Made by a program: the position numbers and the translations under genes. Positions 38,493 through 47,736 of a stretch of 64,000 bases of DNA are shown piece after piece (the first letter of the stretch is position 1; the number at the start of each line of letters is the position of its first letter). The DNA is from Verrucomicrobiota bacterium (GTDB taxonomy: Bacteria; Verrucomicrobiota; Lentisphaeria; Lentisphaerales; Lentisphaeraceae), in NCBI GenBank assembly GCA_039798785.1, contig JBDKFG010000011.1:1-64000 (forward strand). Direction: 5' to 3'. Under the pieces are notes generated by a model. It worked only from the letters and a program-made list of their open reading frames with translations. It did no database searches and had not been told where the DNA came from.

Positions 38493-39386
38493 TCAAGCCC
38501 GGGGATGGAACTTCTGGTGCACCGCCTGGAGGCGCGAGGCGTCGACGTGGGTATAGATCTGGGTGGTGGCGATATCGGCGTGGCCGAGGAGTTCCTGGAT
38601 GACCCGCAGGTCGGCGCCGCGGGCGAGCAAGGCGGAGGCGAAGGAGTGGCGCAGCATGTGGGGGTGGAGGTGCTTGCCGAGGCCTGCTGCGAGGGCGCTT
38701 TCCTGGAGGAAGGCCCAGACCCGGGCACGGGTCAGTATCCGGCCCGATTTCGACAAGATCAGTTCAGGCGCGCCATGGACGTCAAGCACCGGCCGGGATT
38801 CCTCCAAGTAGCGGCGGAGCAGCCTCTCAGCCTCGCGGCCGAAAGGCACCATCCGCTCCTTAGCACCCTTGCCGGAAACCCGCAGGAAGGCGCGCCGGAA
38901 GTCCACTCCATCGAGTCGCAAGGTGCAGAGCTCGGTGACCCGCAAACCGCAGGAAAACAAGAGCTCGACCGCCAGATGATTGCGCAAGCCCAGGGGCTGC
39001 GTGTCGTCGTAGGAACGGAGGAGCTGCTCGACCTCCGCCGGACTGAGATGGTCCGGCAGAAGCCGCCAGAGCCGGGGCGAATCCATCACCGCAGTGACGT
39101 CGGCCGGCACCAGCTTCTCTTGGGTCATCCAGCGCCAGAAGAGCCGCAGGGTGACGAGCCGCCGGGCCAAGGTGGCGCTGCCGAGGTTGCGCTCCTGTAG
39201 GGACTCGAGGTATTCGGTCAGTTGCGCCCGGTCCGCAGACGCCGCCACCACACCGGACCTCGCGGACCAGGCTTCATAGTCGCGCAGATCGGCGAGATAG
39301 GCCTCAATGCTTGTCCCGGCCAATCCCCGGTCAAGGATCAGCCAAGCCCGGAAGCGTTCGCAAAAATCGCTGAATTCGTCGTTCAT
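38493..39386 (-). CDS. xerD: Site-specific tyrosine recombinase XerD
   Basis: 'GLRVTEL', 'GKGAKERMVP', 'HPHMLRHSFA', 'QELLGHADIATTQIYTHV...FHPRA'. Confidence 0.88.
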   Translation of the reverse strand: MNDEFSDFCERFRAWLILDRGLAGTSIEAYLADLRDYEAWSARSGVVAASADRAQLTEYLESLQERNLGSATLARRLVTLRLFWRWMTQEKLVPADVTAVMDSPRLWRLLPDHLSPAEVEQLLRSYDDTQPLGLRNHLAVELLFSCGLRVTELCTLRLDGVDFRRAFLRVSGKGAKERMVPFGREAERLLRRYLEESRPVLDVHGAPELILSKSGRILTRARVWAFLQESALAAGLGKHLHPHMLRHSFASALLARGADLRVIQELLGHADIATTQIYTHVDASRLQAVHQKFHPRA

Positions 39387-39545
39387 GGCGGGGACTGTCG
39401 GCAGGTTGGAAAATGACGGCTCCGGCCCTTACCGCGGGCAGGCGGTCCGTCGGGAAGATACTCGCTGCGGTGAAATCCACCGGGTCTCGCGTAAAGAGAA
39501 GCGCCGGTGCTAGTTTGACGGCAGCATCAACCCGAGGACTCCTCC

Positions 39546-40685
39546 ATGAATGCCCTGTTCAGCCTCCTGCTCCTCGCTTCTCTCGCCGTCGCCGCCCAAG
39601 GTGACAAGCCGGCGCCCCAGCCCGAAGTCCGGACGGAGCCCGAAGCCGGCAATCCCGCCAGCCTGAAAATCGGCAGCCCCGCCCCGGCAATCAAATTCTC
39701 GAAATTCTACAAAGGCGCTCCGATCGACAAGATCGATCCGGCCCAGGTCTACCTGGTGGAATGCTGGGCCACTTGGTGCCCGCCCTGTCTCGCCAGCATC
39801 CCTCATCTCAGCGAAATCGCCAAGAAGACCGAAGGGAAGGTCACCGTTCTCGGCGTCAACGTCTGGGAACGGCTCGAGGCCGCCAAGGTGCAGGAGTTTG
39901 TCGATCGCCAAGGCGACAAGATGGGCTACCGAGTCGCCAGCGACTCGGACGGCCATTTCGCCAAGCACTGGCTCGCCGCTTCCGACGAGGAAGGCATCCC
40001 CTGCGCCTTCCTCGTCGTCCAGGGCAAGATCGCCTGGATCGGCCTGCCCGCCGATCTCGACGCCGACACTCTCCTGGGCATCGCCGAAGGCCGGATCACG
40101 GCGGCTCAACTCGCCAAGATGGCCGCCGCCAGGGAATCGGAGATGAACCTGATCGAACAGGAATACGGCAGCAAGATCCAGCCGCTTCTGGAAGGCGGCG
40201 ACCTGAAGGGGGCTCTCGCCGCGATCAAGAGGCTGGCCGACGCCCACCCCAAGGCCGGACTGGAACGCCTGGCCGAAAACCTGCAGGCCAAAATCGACGC
40301 GCAGGAGAATCCCGGCGCCCTGCTCGACAAGATCGCCAAGCTCCCCGTCGACGGCGACTCGGACGAGCTTTTCGAACTCCTCGGATCCCTCGTCACCACC
40401 CACGACCTCGCCCCGGCAGTGTCCGACCGGCTCCTCGCCGAAATCGACCGCCGCATCGCGCAGTCCGGCAAGGACATTCCCGCGTCGGCCGACGACTCCT
40501 ACCCCTTCATCATCCTACGCTTCATGAAGGCCGACGTGCTGGCCGCAAAAGACAGAAAGACCGAGGCGGTGCAGATCCTCCGAGATCTCCTGTCGCAATT
40601 GAAAGGCGAGGCTGCGCAAGCGGCCGCCGACGAGATCGCCAGACGCATCGCCGAACTGCAGGCCGTGGCGCCGGCCAAGCCCTGA
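39546..40685 (+). CDS. Exported TlpA-family disulfide reductase with helical C-terminal extension
   Basis: 'WATWCPPCLASIPHL', 'GIPCAF'; signal peptide. Confidence 0.88.
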   Translation: MNALFSLLLLASLAVAAQGDKPAPQPEVRTEPEAGNPASLKIGSPAPAIKFSKFYKGAPIDKIDPAQVYLVECWATWCPPCLASIPHLSEIAKKTEGKVTVLGVNVWERLEAAKVQEFVDRQGDKMGYRVASDSDGHFAKHWLAASDEEGIPCAFLVVQGKIAWIGLPADLDADTLLGIAEGRITAAQLAKMAAARESEMNLIEQEYGSKIQPLLEGGDLKGALAAIKRLADAHPKAGLERLAENLQAKIDAQENPGALLDKIAKLPVDGDSDELFELLGSLVTTHDLAPAVSDRLLAEIDRRIAQSGKDIPASADDSYPFIILRFMKADVLAAKDRKTEAVQILRDLLSQLKGEAAQAAADEIARRIAELQAVAPAKP

Positions 40686-40698
40686 AGAAGCGGAGGGA

Positions 40699-41166
40699 TC
40701 AGATCGCGACCACCGGCTCCTTGGTCTTCTCGAGCAGCTTGATGTCGCTGATCACCATCTGCTTGTCGGCCGCCTTGCACATGTCGTAGACGGTGAGCAG
40801 GGCGACCGAAACCGCGGTGAGCGCCTCGATTTCGACCCCGGTGCGGCCGGTGCAGCGCACTTCCGCGCTCACCGCAACCCCGGTTTCGTCCGCCTCGGCG
40901 ACGACATGGACCCGGTCGATGAGGAGCGGGTGGCAGAGAGGAATGAGCTCGGCGGTGCGTTTCGCCGCGAGGATTCCGGCAATCCGGGCCGAGGCCAGGA
41001 CGTCGCCTTTTTTGAGGCCGTTGTCGCGCAGAAGCGCGAGGGTCGCGGGCAAGAGGCTGATGTGGCCGCTGGCGCGGGCGGTGCGGACCTGCGGGGACTT
41101 GGCGCTGACGTCGACCATCGACACCTTGCCGGCCTCGTCGGTGTGGCTGAAGGCTGGCTGGCTCAT
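40699..41166 (-). CDS. moaC: Cyclic pyranopterin monophosphate synthase
   Basis: 'MVDVSAK', 'KKGDVL', 'LIPLCHP', 'TGVEIEALT', 'YDMCKA'. Confidence 0.95.
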   Translation of the reverse strand: MSQPAFSHTDEAGKVSMVDVSAKSPQVRTARASGHISLLPATLALLRDNGLKKGDVLASARIAGILAAKRTAELIPLCHPLLIDRVHVVAEADETGVAVSAEVRCTGRTGVEIEALTAVSVALLTVYDMCKAADKQMVISDIKLLEKTKEPVVAI

Positions 41167-42017
41167 CAGAGGCGGCAGTTGCGGATTTCGGTGACGATGA
41201 TGCCCTTGGCGCCGGCATCGGCGAGGCGATCGACGATGTCGACCAGCTCCTTGTTGAGAACCATCACCTTGACGGCGCGCCACTCGGCATTTTGCAGCGG
41301 CATGACGGTAGGCGACTGGAGGCCGGGGCAGATGGAGCAGCATTTCTCCAGGTCGCCGGCGCGGACGTCGTATTCGACCATCGCGTACTGGCGGGCGGTG
41401 ACGATGCCTTGGAGGCGGCGGAGGAAGCGCTGCGCCTCGGCGGTGGTCAGGCCGGAGGCGTCCTTGCAGACGACGATGGCTTCGGAGTGAACGAGGGCTT
41501 CGCCGACGGTCTTGAGGCCCGCCTGGCGGATGGTGGTGCCGGTTTCGACCACGTCGGCGGCGGCGTCGGCGATGCCGAGCTGGATCGAGATCTCGACCGC
41601 GCCGGAGAGTTCGATGACGGTGGCTTGGACTCCGGCGGCCTCGAGGTGGCGGCGGACCAGGTTGGGATAGGAGCAGGCGATGCGCTTGCCCTGGAACTGC
41701 TGCAGGCTGCTGAACTGCTGATCCTGGGGGATGATGTAATGCATCTTGCTGCGGCCGAAGTTGAGCGGCAGGGCCTCGTGAAGGAGAACACCGCTGTCAA
41801 GCATGATGTCGCGGCCGGTGATGCCGAACTGGAAGACCCCGGATTCGACGTAGGTGGGAATGTCAGTGGGGCGCAGGAAATAGAACTCCACACCGTTGCC
41901 GGCATCGACGCAATGCAGGTCCTTGACCCCTTTGCGCAAACCGTAGCCGGCCTTCTGGATCAGTTCGATGGCACCCTCGGAAAGGGCGCCTTTGTTGGGG
42001 ATGGCGATGCGCAGCAT
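41166..42017 (-). CDS. hisG: ATP phosphoribosyltransferase (long form)
   Basis: 'IAIPNKGAL', 'RPTDIP', 'GITGRD', 'DVVETGTT', 'PGLQSPTV'. Confidence 0.95.
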   Translation of the reverse strand: MLRIAIPNKGALSEGAIELIQKAGYGLRKGVKDLHCVDAGNGVEFYFLRPTDIPTYVESGVFQFGITGRDIMLDSGVLLHEALPLNFGRSKMHYIIPQDQQFSSLQQFQGKRIACSYPNLVRRHLEAAGVQATVIELSGAVEISIQLGIADAAADVVETGTTIRQAGLKTVGEALVHSEAIVVCKDASGLTTAEAQRFLRRLQGIVTARQYAMVEYDVRAGDLEKCCSICPGLQSPTVMPLQNAEWRAVKVMVLNKELVDIVDRLADAGAKGIIVTEIRNCRL

Positions 42018-42237
42018 ATGTCGTTTTCCTCAGTCGTTGATGAATTCAGCCGCCTAAGATAGGCCGCGACCGCGCGCTGTCACCGCCGTGTCGACGAGCG
42101 ATGACGGGGAAAGCCGGGCCAAAGTTCCGCCGACCTTCCGCCCAGCTCGCAGCAAGCAAGTCTCCGGGACGCTTTGAAAGTCGGCGCAAGCGGTGCTAGC
42201 TTAGCCGAACTGTCATCCGAATAAAACTGGAGCCCCC

Positions 42238-42672
42238 ATGAACTTCGAAGAGATTGAAAAGCTGGCCGCCCTCCTCGCCAAGCATAACCTCGGTGAGATC
42301 ACCGTGGAAGACCATCAGAAGACCAAGATCACGGTCAAGGCCGCCGCCCTCGCTCCTGCTCCCGTGCATCACCAGGCCCCCGCCGCTCCGGCGCCCGCCG
42401 CCGCCAAGGCCGCCGCCCCCGCCGCCGAAGCCGGCAAGGCGATCAAATCCCCCCTCGTCGGCACCTTCTACAAATCGCCCTCGCCCGACGCCCCCGCCTA
42501 CGTCAAGGTCGGCGACACGGTGAAGCCCGACACCACCCTCTGCATCCTCGAGGCGATGAAAGTGATGAACGAAGTCAAGGCGGAAGTCTCCGGCGTCATC
42601 ACCGAGATCCTCTGCGAAAACGGCCAGCCGGTCGAATACGATCAGCCCCTCTTCCGCTACCGCCCCCTTTGA
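42238..42672 (+). CDS. accB: Biotin carboxyl carrier protein
   Basis: 'SPLVGTFY', 'EAMKVMN'. Confidence 0.95.
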   Translation: MNFEEIEKLAALLAKHNLGEITVEDHQKTKITVKAAALAPAPVHHQAPAAPAPAAAKAAAPAAEAGKAIKSPLVGTFYKSPSPDAPAYVKVGDTVKPDTTLCILEAMKVMNEVKAEVSGVITEILCENGQPVEYDQPLFRYRPL

Positions 42673-42693
42673 TCCCCGTGAAGGAGGTTTGAG

Positions 42694-43116
42694 ATGAATC
42701 CCCGCACCGGCAGCAGGCCCCAGGACAGCGTCAGCATCGGCGGCATCGCGATTTCCGAAGAGGTCTTCGCCAGCATCGTCCGCCGCTATGTCCTGCAGCT
42801 GCCAGAAGTCGCCCGCTTCGCCTCCGCCTCCTTCGTCTCCGGCCTCGCCAGCATCATCGGCAAGCGCAGCTCCGACCGCCCGATCCGCGTCGACATCGAG
42901 AACGACCAGCTGGTCATCGGCGTCAACGTCGTCCTCAAGTTCGGCAGCTTCGTGCCCGCCGTCGCGGTCCGCATCCAGGAAGTGGTCAAGCTCCGTGTCG
43001 AGGAGCTCACCGGCAAGACCGTCGCACGCGTCGATGTCTTCGTCTGCGACCTTGCCGACGACGGCAGCTTCAAGGACGATGCCCGCCGCCCGTCCGACGA
43101 CGAGGCCCACCTGTGA
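42694..43116 (+). CDS. Asp23/Gls24 family protein
   Basis: 'IAISEEVFASIV', 'VAVRIQEVVK..VEELTG..V.RVDVFV'. Confidence 0.85.
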   Translation: MNPRTGSRPQDSVSIGGIAISEEVFASIVRRYVLQLPEVARFASASFVSGLASIIGKRSSDRPIRVDIENDQLVIGVNVVLKFGSFVPAVAVRIQEVVKLRVEELTGKTVARVDVFVCDLADDGSFKDDARRPSDDEAHL

Positions 43117-43757
43117 TTGCGCTCCTCGCCGAAGTTCCGTCCGAGAACTCGGACGATGCCGCCGCGTCGGGCGGCTTCCAGCATGTCTGCGATGTCGTTT
43201 CGAACTCCTTGGAGAGCTGCCTGCACGCCATCGCCTCCGGCCTGGAAGACCGCTTCGGCATCGACTGGAGCAACGGCTGGAATCTCTTCTGGCTCGGCGT
43301 CCTCTGCGGCCTGGCTCTCTTCCTCATCCTCCGTGTCGCCTCCTGGCTCTTCTGGGACCGCCGCTGTAAGGGCATCGCGCTGCGCAACGACGCCGGCGGC
43401 ATCTTCATCACCTCCGCCGCGATCCAGGACTTCGTCAGCCGCGTCCTCGCCGACAATGGCCAGATGATCGTCGAAAAAGTCAGCTTGCGCCAGCTCAAGG
43501 AAGGCGGTCACGCCGTCACCATCCACGCATCCCTCCTCCCAGAAGCCCGAGTCCCCGAGCTCGCCGATCTGGTCCAGCAGCGTGTGCTCACCAAGGTCAG
43601 GGAACATCTCGGAATCCTCACCTTGCGCGCCGTCGACCTGCAATTGCGCTCCTTCTCAGCCAAAGAAGGTGCACTCGAACGTCAGCACCGCCGCGCCCTC
43701 CGTGAAGCTCGCGGCGAAGCGGAAATCGTCCTCTCCAATCCTCCCCCGGCCGACTGA
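43113..43757 (+). CDS. AmaP-like membrane anchor with Asp23-fold domain
   Basis: TM segment, then 'GGIFITSAAIQDFV...VPELADLVQQRV...HLGI'; coupled to the Asp23 gene. Confidence 0.65.
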   Translation: MIALLAEVPSENSDDAAASGGFQHVCDVVSNSLESCLHAIASGLEDRFGIDWSNGWNLFWLGVLCGLALFLILRVASWLFWDRRCKGIALRNDAGGIFITSAAIQDFVSRVLADNGQMIVEKVSLRQLKEGGHAVTIHASLLPEARVPELADLVQQRVLTKVREHLGILTLRAVDLQLRSFSAKEGALERQHRRALREARGEAEIVLSNPPPAD

Positions 43758-43887
43758 GCAAGCCCCATCACGTTGCCGGCAGCCCGCGGCTTTTTTAAGC
43801 CGGATATGCCGCTTGCCGCGCCCCCCCCGACTCGCCTCGTCCCTTCGCAAGCAGGCAGCTGTTCAACCCGGGGAATTTATGTGTTTT

Positions 43888-44364
43888 CTAGGATCCGTCC
43901 TTGAGTAGGCTTTCCAGATAGGGCGAACTGCTGTTGACCATCCACAGCGAAAAGACCTCGAGAAACTTGACGAAGGCTGGGATGTCGGCGACGGGAAAGC
44001 CGTGTCGGGCCGGGGCTTCGTCCAGGGTCGCGACGAAGCAACGGAGCCATTCGTCGCGGGCTTCCAAGGTGATTGGAAAGGGAATGTGGCGCATCCGCAT
44101 GCGAGGAGGTCCATGGCGCTGTGCGAAGAGCGGCGGACCGCCACACAGTCCGGTGAAGAAAGAAGCCGACTTGTCCGCCGCCGTCCACAAGGCTTCGGGA
44201 TCGCGGGGGAAGAGCTCGGCTATCTCCGACACCGCCAGCCGCGCATAGAAGTCGCGCAGCAGCTCGATCATGCCCGCCTCGCCAAGGGCGGCATGGATGC
44301 TCGGCGGCGGCGGATCGACCTGAGGCGGCCCGTCGAAAAGGGCGATGATCTGACGCTGACTCAT
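43888..44364 (-). CDS. Truncated haemoglobin (group II-like)
   Basis: 'LLRDFYARL', 'GGPPLF..HGPPRMRMRHIPFPI', 'WMVN'. Confidence 0.88.
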   Translation of the reverse strand: MSQRQIIALFDGPPQVDPPPPSIHAALGEAGMIELLRDFYARLAVSEIAELFPRDPEALWTAADKSASFFTGLCGGPPLFAQRHGPPRMRMRHIPFPITLEARDEWLRCFVATLDEAPARHGFPVADIPAFVKFLEVFSLWMVNSSSPYLESLLKDGS

Positions 44365-44855
44365 GGTGCCGCCTCGAGCTGGCGTCGGCGCTCCCTCTGC
44401 CAGAGCTCGCAATCAAGCAGCGACTGCTTCTCCGCGACCGAGATCTTGGGGTGCTGCACCAGCCCCCTGATCTCGGAAAGCCCGGGAGCCAAGCCCCAGC
44501 CCTTGCGCCCCCCGAGCAGATAAACCGGCAGCAGCCGTGCCTTTCCTTCCCGACACTGACGCAGGATGACACAGGCGCTGAGCCCCCCGGCATGCTGATG
44601 GAAATCGACGACTTCAAGGCGGACCTTGCCGCTGGCACAATCGCGCGCCTTCTCCAGTGTCGCCTGGCGTCCGGCAAGATAGAAATCCTCCGGAACTTCG
44701 GGCAGGCGGACGACACGGCGGAAAGCAGCTTCGCCGTCACCACCGTTCATTTCCGAAACGAAGGCTTCGGCACATTCACGGGCGCTGGCCGGAGCTTCGA
44801 CGCTGCGGCAAGAGGCGAAGACGAGGACAAGAGCGGCAAACAGGGATCGGTTCAT
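44361..44855 (-). CDS. Hypothetical lipoprotein
   Basis: RBS GGAGG; lipobox 'FASC'; stop overlaps the globin ATG. Confidence 0.65.
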   Translation of the reverse strand: MNRSLFAALVLVFASCRSVEAPASARECAEAFVSEMNGGDGEAAFRRVVRLPEVPEDFYLAGRQATLEKARDCASGKVRLEVVDFHQHAGGLSACVILRQCREGKARLLPVYLLGGRKGWGLAPGLSEIRGLVQHPKISVAEKQSLLDCELWQRERRRQLEAAP

Positions 44856-44878
44856 GACTGGCTTCCTCCAAACAAGCC

Positions 44879-44905
44879 GGAAGCCCCTCGAATCGAGGGG
44901 CTTCC
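44879..44905. terminator. Hairpin downstream of tRNA
   Basis: GGAAGCCCCTCGA/TCGAGGGGCTTCC inverted repeat; weak U tract. Confidence 0.6.
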
Positions 44906-44910
44906 GAAAG

Positions 44911-44984
44911 TGGACCTGTGGGAACTCGAATCCCAGACCTCCTACATGCGAAGCAGGCGCTCTAGCCAACTGAGCTACAGGCCC
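44911..44984 (-). tRNA. tRNA-Ala(CGC), CCA not encoded
   Basis: GGGCCTG/CAGGTCC acceptor stem with G3:U70; anticodon arm CCTGC-TTCGCAT-GTAGG; T-loop TTCGAGT. Confidence 0.95.
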
Positions 44985-45369
44985 GGCTAGGGAGGAAAAC
45001 TAGTCTCGTCTGCCCACAAGACAAGCGAGCTCGTCCAGAAAATGCCGAAGCCGAGAACCGCCATCATCTAGATCAGCCGCCAGCCTCGTCGCTCAAGGAG
45101 AGAATGCCGGACCGGATTTACCGCGTGGCAAATCATCATTGAGCCAGCCAGATACCGCAATTGGACGTGCATTCCTGAGTTGAGGCGAGACGGCATCTAT
45201 CCAGGCTAAGCTAAGCGACAAATGTCGCAAAATGCCATTTTTTTGAAACAGAATGAAATGGCTCTCGGGAGTCGCTGGTCTTAAGCTTTTACGAGCTGAG
45301 TCATCTCTAGAGCCGCAATATCCTTCGGCAAGTCAGCTTGCAGTCAGAACGCAAAAATCCGGAGTGGTC

Positions 45370-46494
45370 ATGAGCCTGAAGAATCCGATCCGAGTTGTCC
45401 GTCCCCCCGTCACACCCAGCCATCGCAGGAGGAAGCCGAAGCGAGCGGATGATTCCCTTCGTCCCTGGCTGATTGCCTTCCTGTGCTTGGGTTTTGCTGC
45501 GTTACTGGTCTTGGTCAAGATCAAAACCGCCTCGTCCCCCGCGCCAGAGGTACGGAGCGTCGAAGCGGGAGAGAAGGCTCCTGTCGCCCTTGCTGCAGGA
45601 GCCCGCTCGGAGCCCTTGCCGCCCGGCAAGACGAATCTGCGTCCATTGCCGGAGCCGAGGCAGGAGGCAGCGGAAAAAGCGCCTCCGGAATCCAGCGGAA
45701 TCGCTGTGAATCAGCATGCACCGATGCACCCACAGGCTGCCCCCGAAGCGGATCTCGCAATTCCGGCCGCCGCGGCGCCCGAGGATGCGGAGAAGCTTTT
45801 TACGGAGTTCCGTCAAGAGGAATTGCTCAAGCTTCCATCGCCTGTCCTGGGCAGCGAGATCGAGATCCATTACAGCAACGGCGACGTCATGAGGCAGACG
45901 CCGGTGGCGGTCGATGACAGCCGGGGTCTGGTGAGGATTAAAATGGAATACGGATCGGCGGAAGTCCACTACAGCTCATTGAGCCGTCCTTGCGCCGAGA
46001 CTTACCTGCCGAGGCTTAAGGCGGAGCGTCTGGCCCGTGCCAGGGTGTCGAAGAAGCTGGCCGGCTACATCGCCGCGTCGAAAGCTGCGAGAGGCGCATC
46101 GAGGGAAGAAATGGAGGGAATGCCGCCATCCGACGCCCCGTCAAGCTTCCTCCCAACACCGAGCAAGACACCGGAAGAACTGCTTCAACCCGAGGAGGAG
46201 ATGAGGGCCTACCTGAACATGCAGGAGCGCCGCAACGGCCAGCGTTTCGCCGTCATCCGCAGCAAGTTCGCCGGGGAAGGAGCCGTTCTCTTTCTCGAAG
46301 TCGGCGAGGGCTTCGGGCTGCAGAACCCGGGAATCCGCTACCAAGTGACAGAAGGCCTGCGTCAGTTCTGGGGCTTGAGATGCATGAGCAACGGCGTCGC
46401 GACTGATGACAAGGCTTTTCTCGTCCTTCTCTCAAAAGGCAGGATTGTCGGAGGATCGCGAAGTGATAACGCCACGGCCATCTGGATCCGCTGA
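45370..46494 (+). CDS. Hypothetical single-TM protein
   Basis: RBS GGAG; basic N-terminus, TM segment, Pro-rich linker. Confidence 0.65.
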   Translation: MSLKNPIRVVRPPVTPSHRRRKPKRADDSLRPWLIAFLCLGFAALLVLVKIKTASSPAPEVRSVEAGEKAPVALAAGARSEPLPPGKTNLRPLPEPRQEAAEKAPPESSGIAVNQHAPMHPQAAPEADLAIPAAAAPEDAEKLFTEFRQEELLKLPSPVLGSEIEIHYSNGDVMRQTPVAVDDSRGLVRIKMEYGSAEVHYSSLSRPCAETYLPRLKAERLARARVSKKLAGYIAASKAARGASREEMEGMPPSDAPSSFLPTPSKTPEELLQPEEEMRAYLNMQERRNGQRFAVIRSKFAGEGAVLFLEVGEGFGLQNPGIRYQVTEGLRQFWGLRCMSNGVATDDKAFLVLLSKGRIVGGSRSDNATAIWIR

Positions 46495-46590
46495 TCGTCG
46501 GAATGCAGGCCTTGACTTGCTGCGCCGCCTTTGCGGCAGGCGGAGCCGTGCTAATGTCTGTGCCTGCACAAAACCGACCGGGATTTTTCC

Positions 46591-47613
46591 ATGAGCGACC
46601 GACTGACCTCTCTACTGTCCGATTTCCACCAGCGTCTTGATCTTTGCCTCGACGCCCCAGCCCTTGAATCCTTGAAAGCCGAATACCTGGGCAAGAAGGG
46701 GCCGCTGACCGAGCTCCTGAAGTCGCTGAAGGATCTGTCTCCCGAGGAGCGCACCCGGGTGGGCCAGGCGACCAACGAAACCAAGGCCGCGATCGAAGCA
46801 GGCCTCGCCGCCCGCCGCGCCCTCCTCGAGAAAACCGCTCTCGACGAGAAGCTGAAATCGGAATGGTTCGACGTCACTCTCGATGCCGCCCCCACGCGTC
46901 TCGGAGCCCTGCACCCCGTCTCCCGCGTCCAGTACGAGATCGAGGACATCTTCTCCTCGCTCGGCTTCTCGGTGCAGGACGGCCCCCACTGCGAGCTCGA
47001 CCATTACAACTTCGAAGCCCTGAACATCCCCAAGGATCACCCTGCCCGCGACATGCAGGACACCTTCTACTTCTCCAACGGCGCCATCCTCCGCACCCAC
47101 ACCTCGGCGGTGCAGGTCAGGGCGATGGAGAAGCTCAAGCCCCCCTTCAAGATCATCGGCCCCGGCAAGGTCTTCCGGGTCGAACGCACAGACCCCTCGC
47201 ACGAAGCCGCCTTCCACCAGCTCGAAGGGATGGTGGTGGCAGAAGGCATCACCGTCGCCCACCTCATCCACACCATGAAGACCCTTCTCAAGGAGATCTT
47301 CAAGCGCGAGGTGAAGATCCGCCTCCGCCCAGGCTTCTTCCCCTTCGTCGAACCCGGCTTCGAGCTTGACATCTCCTGCCAGATCTGCGACGCCAAAGGC
47401 TGCTCGGTGTGCAAACATTCCGGCTGGATCGAGCTGATGCCCTGCGGCATGGTCCACCCCAACGTCCTCAAGCACGGCGGCATCGACACCGACAAGTTCT
47501 CCGGCTTCGCCTTCGGCCTCGGTCTCGACCGCCTGGTGATGATGCGCTTCAAGATCGAGGACATCCGCCACCTCCACTCCGGCGACCTGCGCTTCTCCGG
47601 ACAGTTCGTCTAA
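46591..47613 (+). CDS. pheS: Phenylalanyl-tRNA synthetase alpha subunit
   Basis: 'HPARDMQDTFY', 'LRTHTS', 'FHQLEG', 'FPFVEPG', 'GFAFGLGLDRL'. Confidence 0.97.
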   Translation: MSDRLTSLLSDFHQRLDLCLDAPALESLKAEYLGKKGPLTELLKSLKDLSPEERTRVGQATNETKAAIEAGLAARRALLEKTALDEKLKSEWFDVTLDAAPTRLGALHPVSRVQYEIEDIFSSLGFSVQDGPHCELDHYNFEALNIPKDHPARDMQDTFYFSNGAILRTHTSAVQVRAMEKLKPPFKIIGPGKVFRVERTDPSHEAAFHQLEGMVVAEGITVAHLIHTMKTLLKEIFKREVKIRLRPGFFPFVEPGFELDISCQICDAKGCSVCKHSGWIELMPCGMVHPNVLKHGGIDTDKFSGFAFGLGLDRLVMMRFKIEDIRHLHSGDLRFSGQFV

Positions 47614-47625
47614 GAACCGGATTAC

Positions 47626-47733
47626 AAGGTTGTAAGGTGAAAGGTAAACAAAGACTTGTCGGCCGATCATCTTCCTGGACTTCAACCTTTCAACCTTTCA
47701 ACCTTTCAACCTTTCAACCTCCTCTGAGGCTCC
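47626..47733. repeat. Octamer tandem-repeat hairpin (same family as 14207-14328)
   Basis: Degenerate AAGGTTG left arm at 47626-47645; five perfect TTCAACCT at 47681-47720; GAGGCTCC tail at 47726-47733. Confidence 0.85.
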
Positions 47734-47736
47734 CTC

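Noticed and set aside
38493..39386. Tyrosine recombinase as an island or integron integrase
   Set aside because: Length and motifs fit housekeeping XerD; no IntI-type insertion or attC sites recognised.
44911..44984. tRNA-Ala as an island attachment site
   Set aside because: No duplicated tRNA 3' end found in the window.
44985..45369. Structured ncRNA upstream of the tRNA
   Set aside because: No recognisable RNA family motif; only short palindromes.
12742..47720. Short repeat arrays as CRISPR
   Set aside because: Units are 7-9 nt, contiguous and without spacers; no cas genes.
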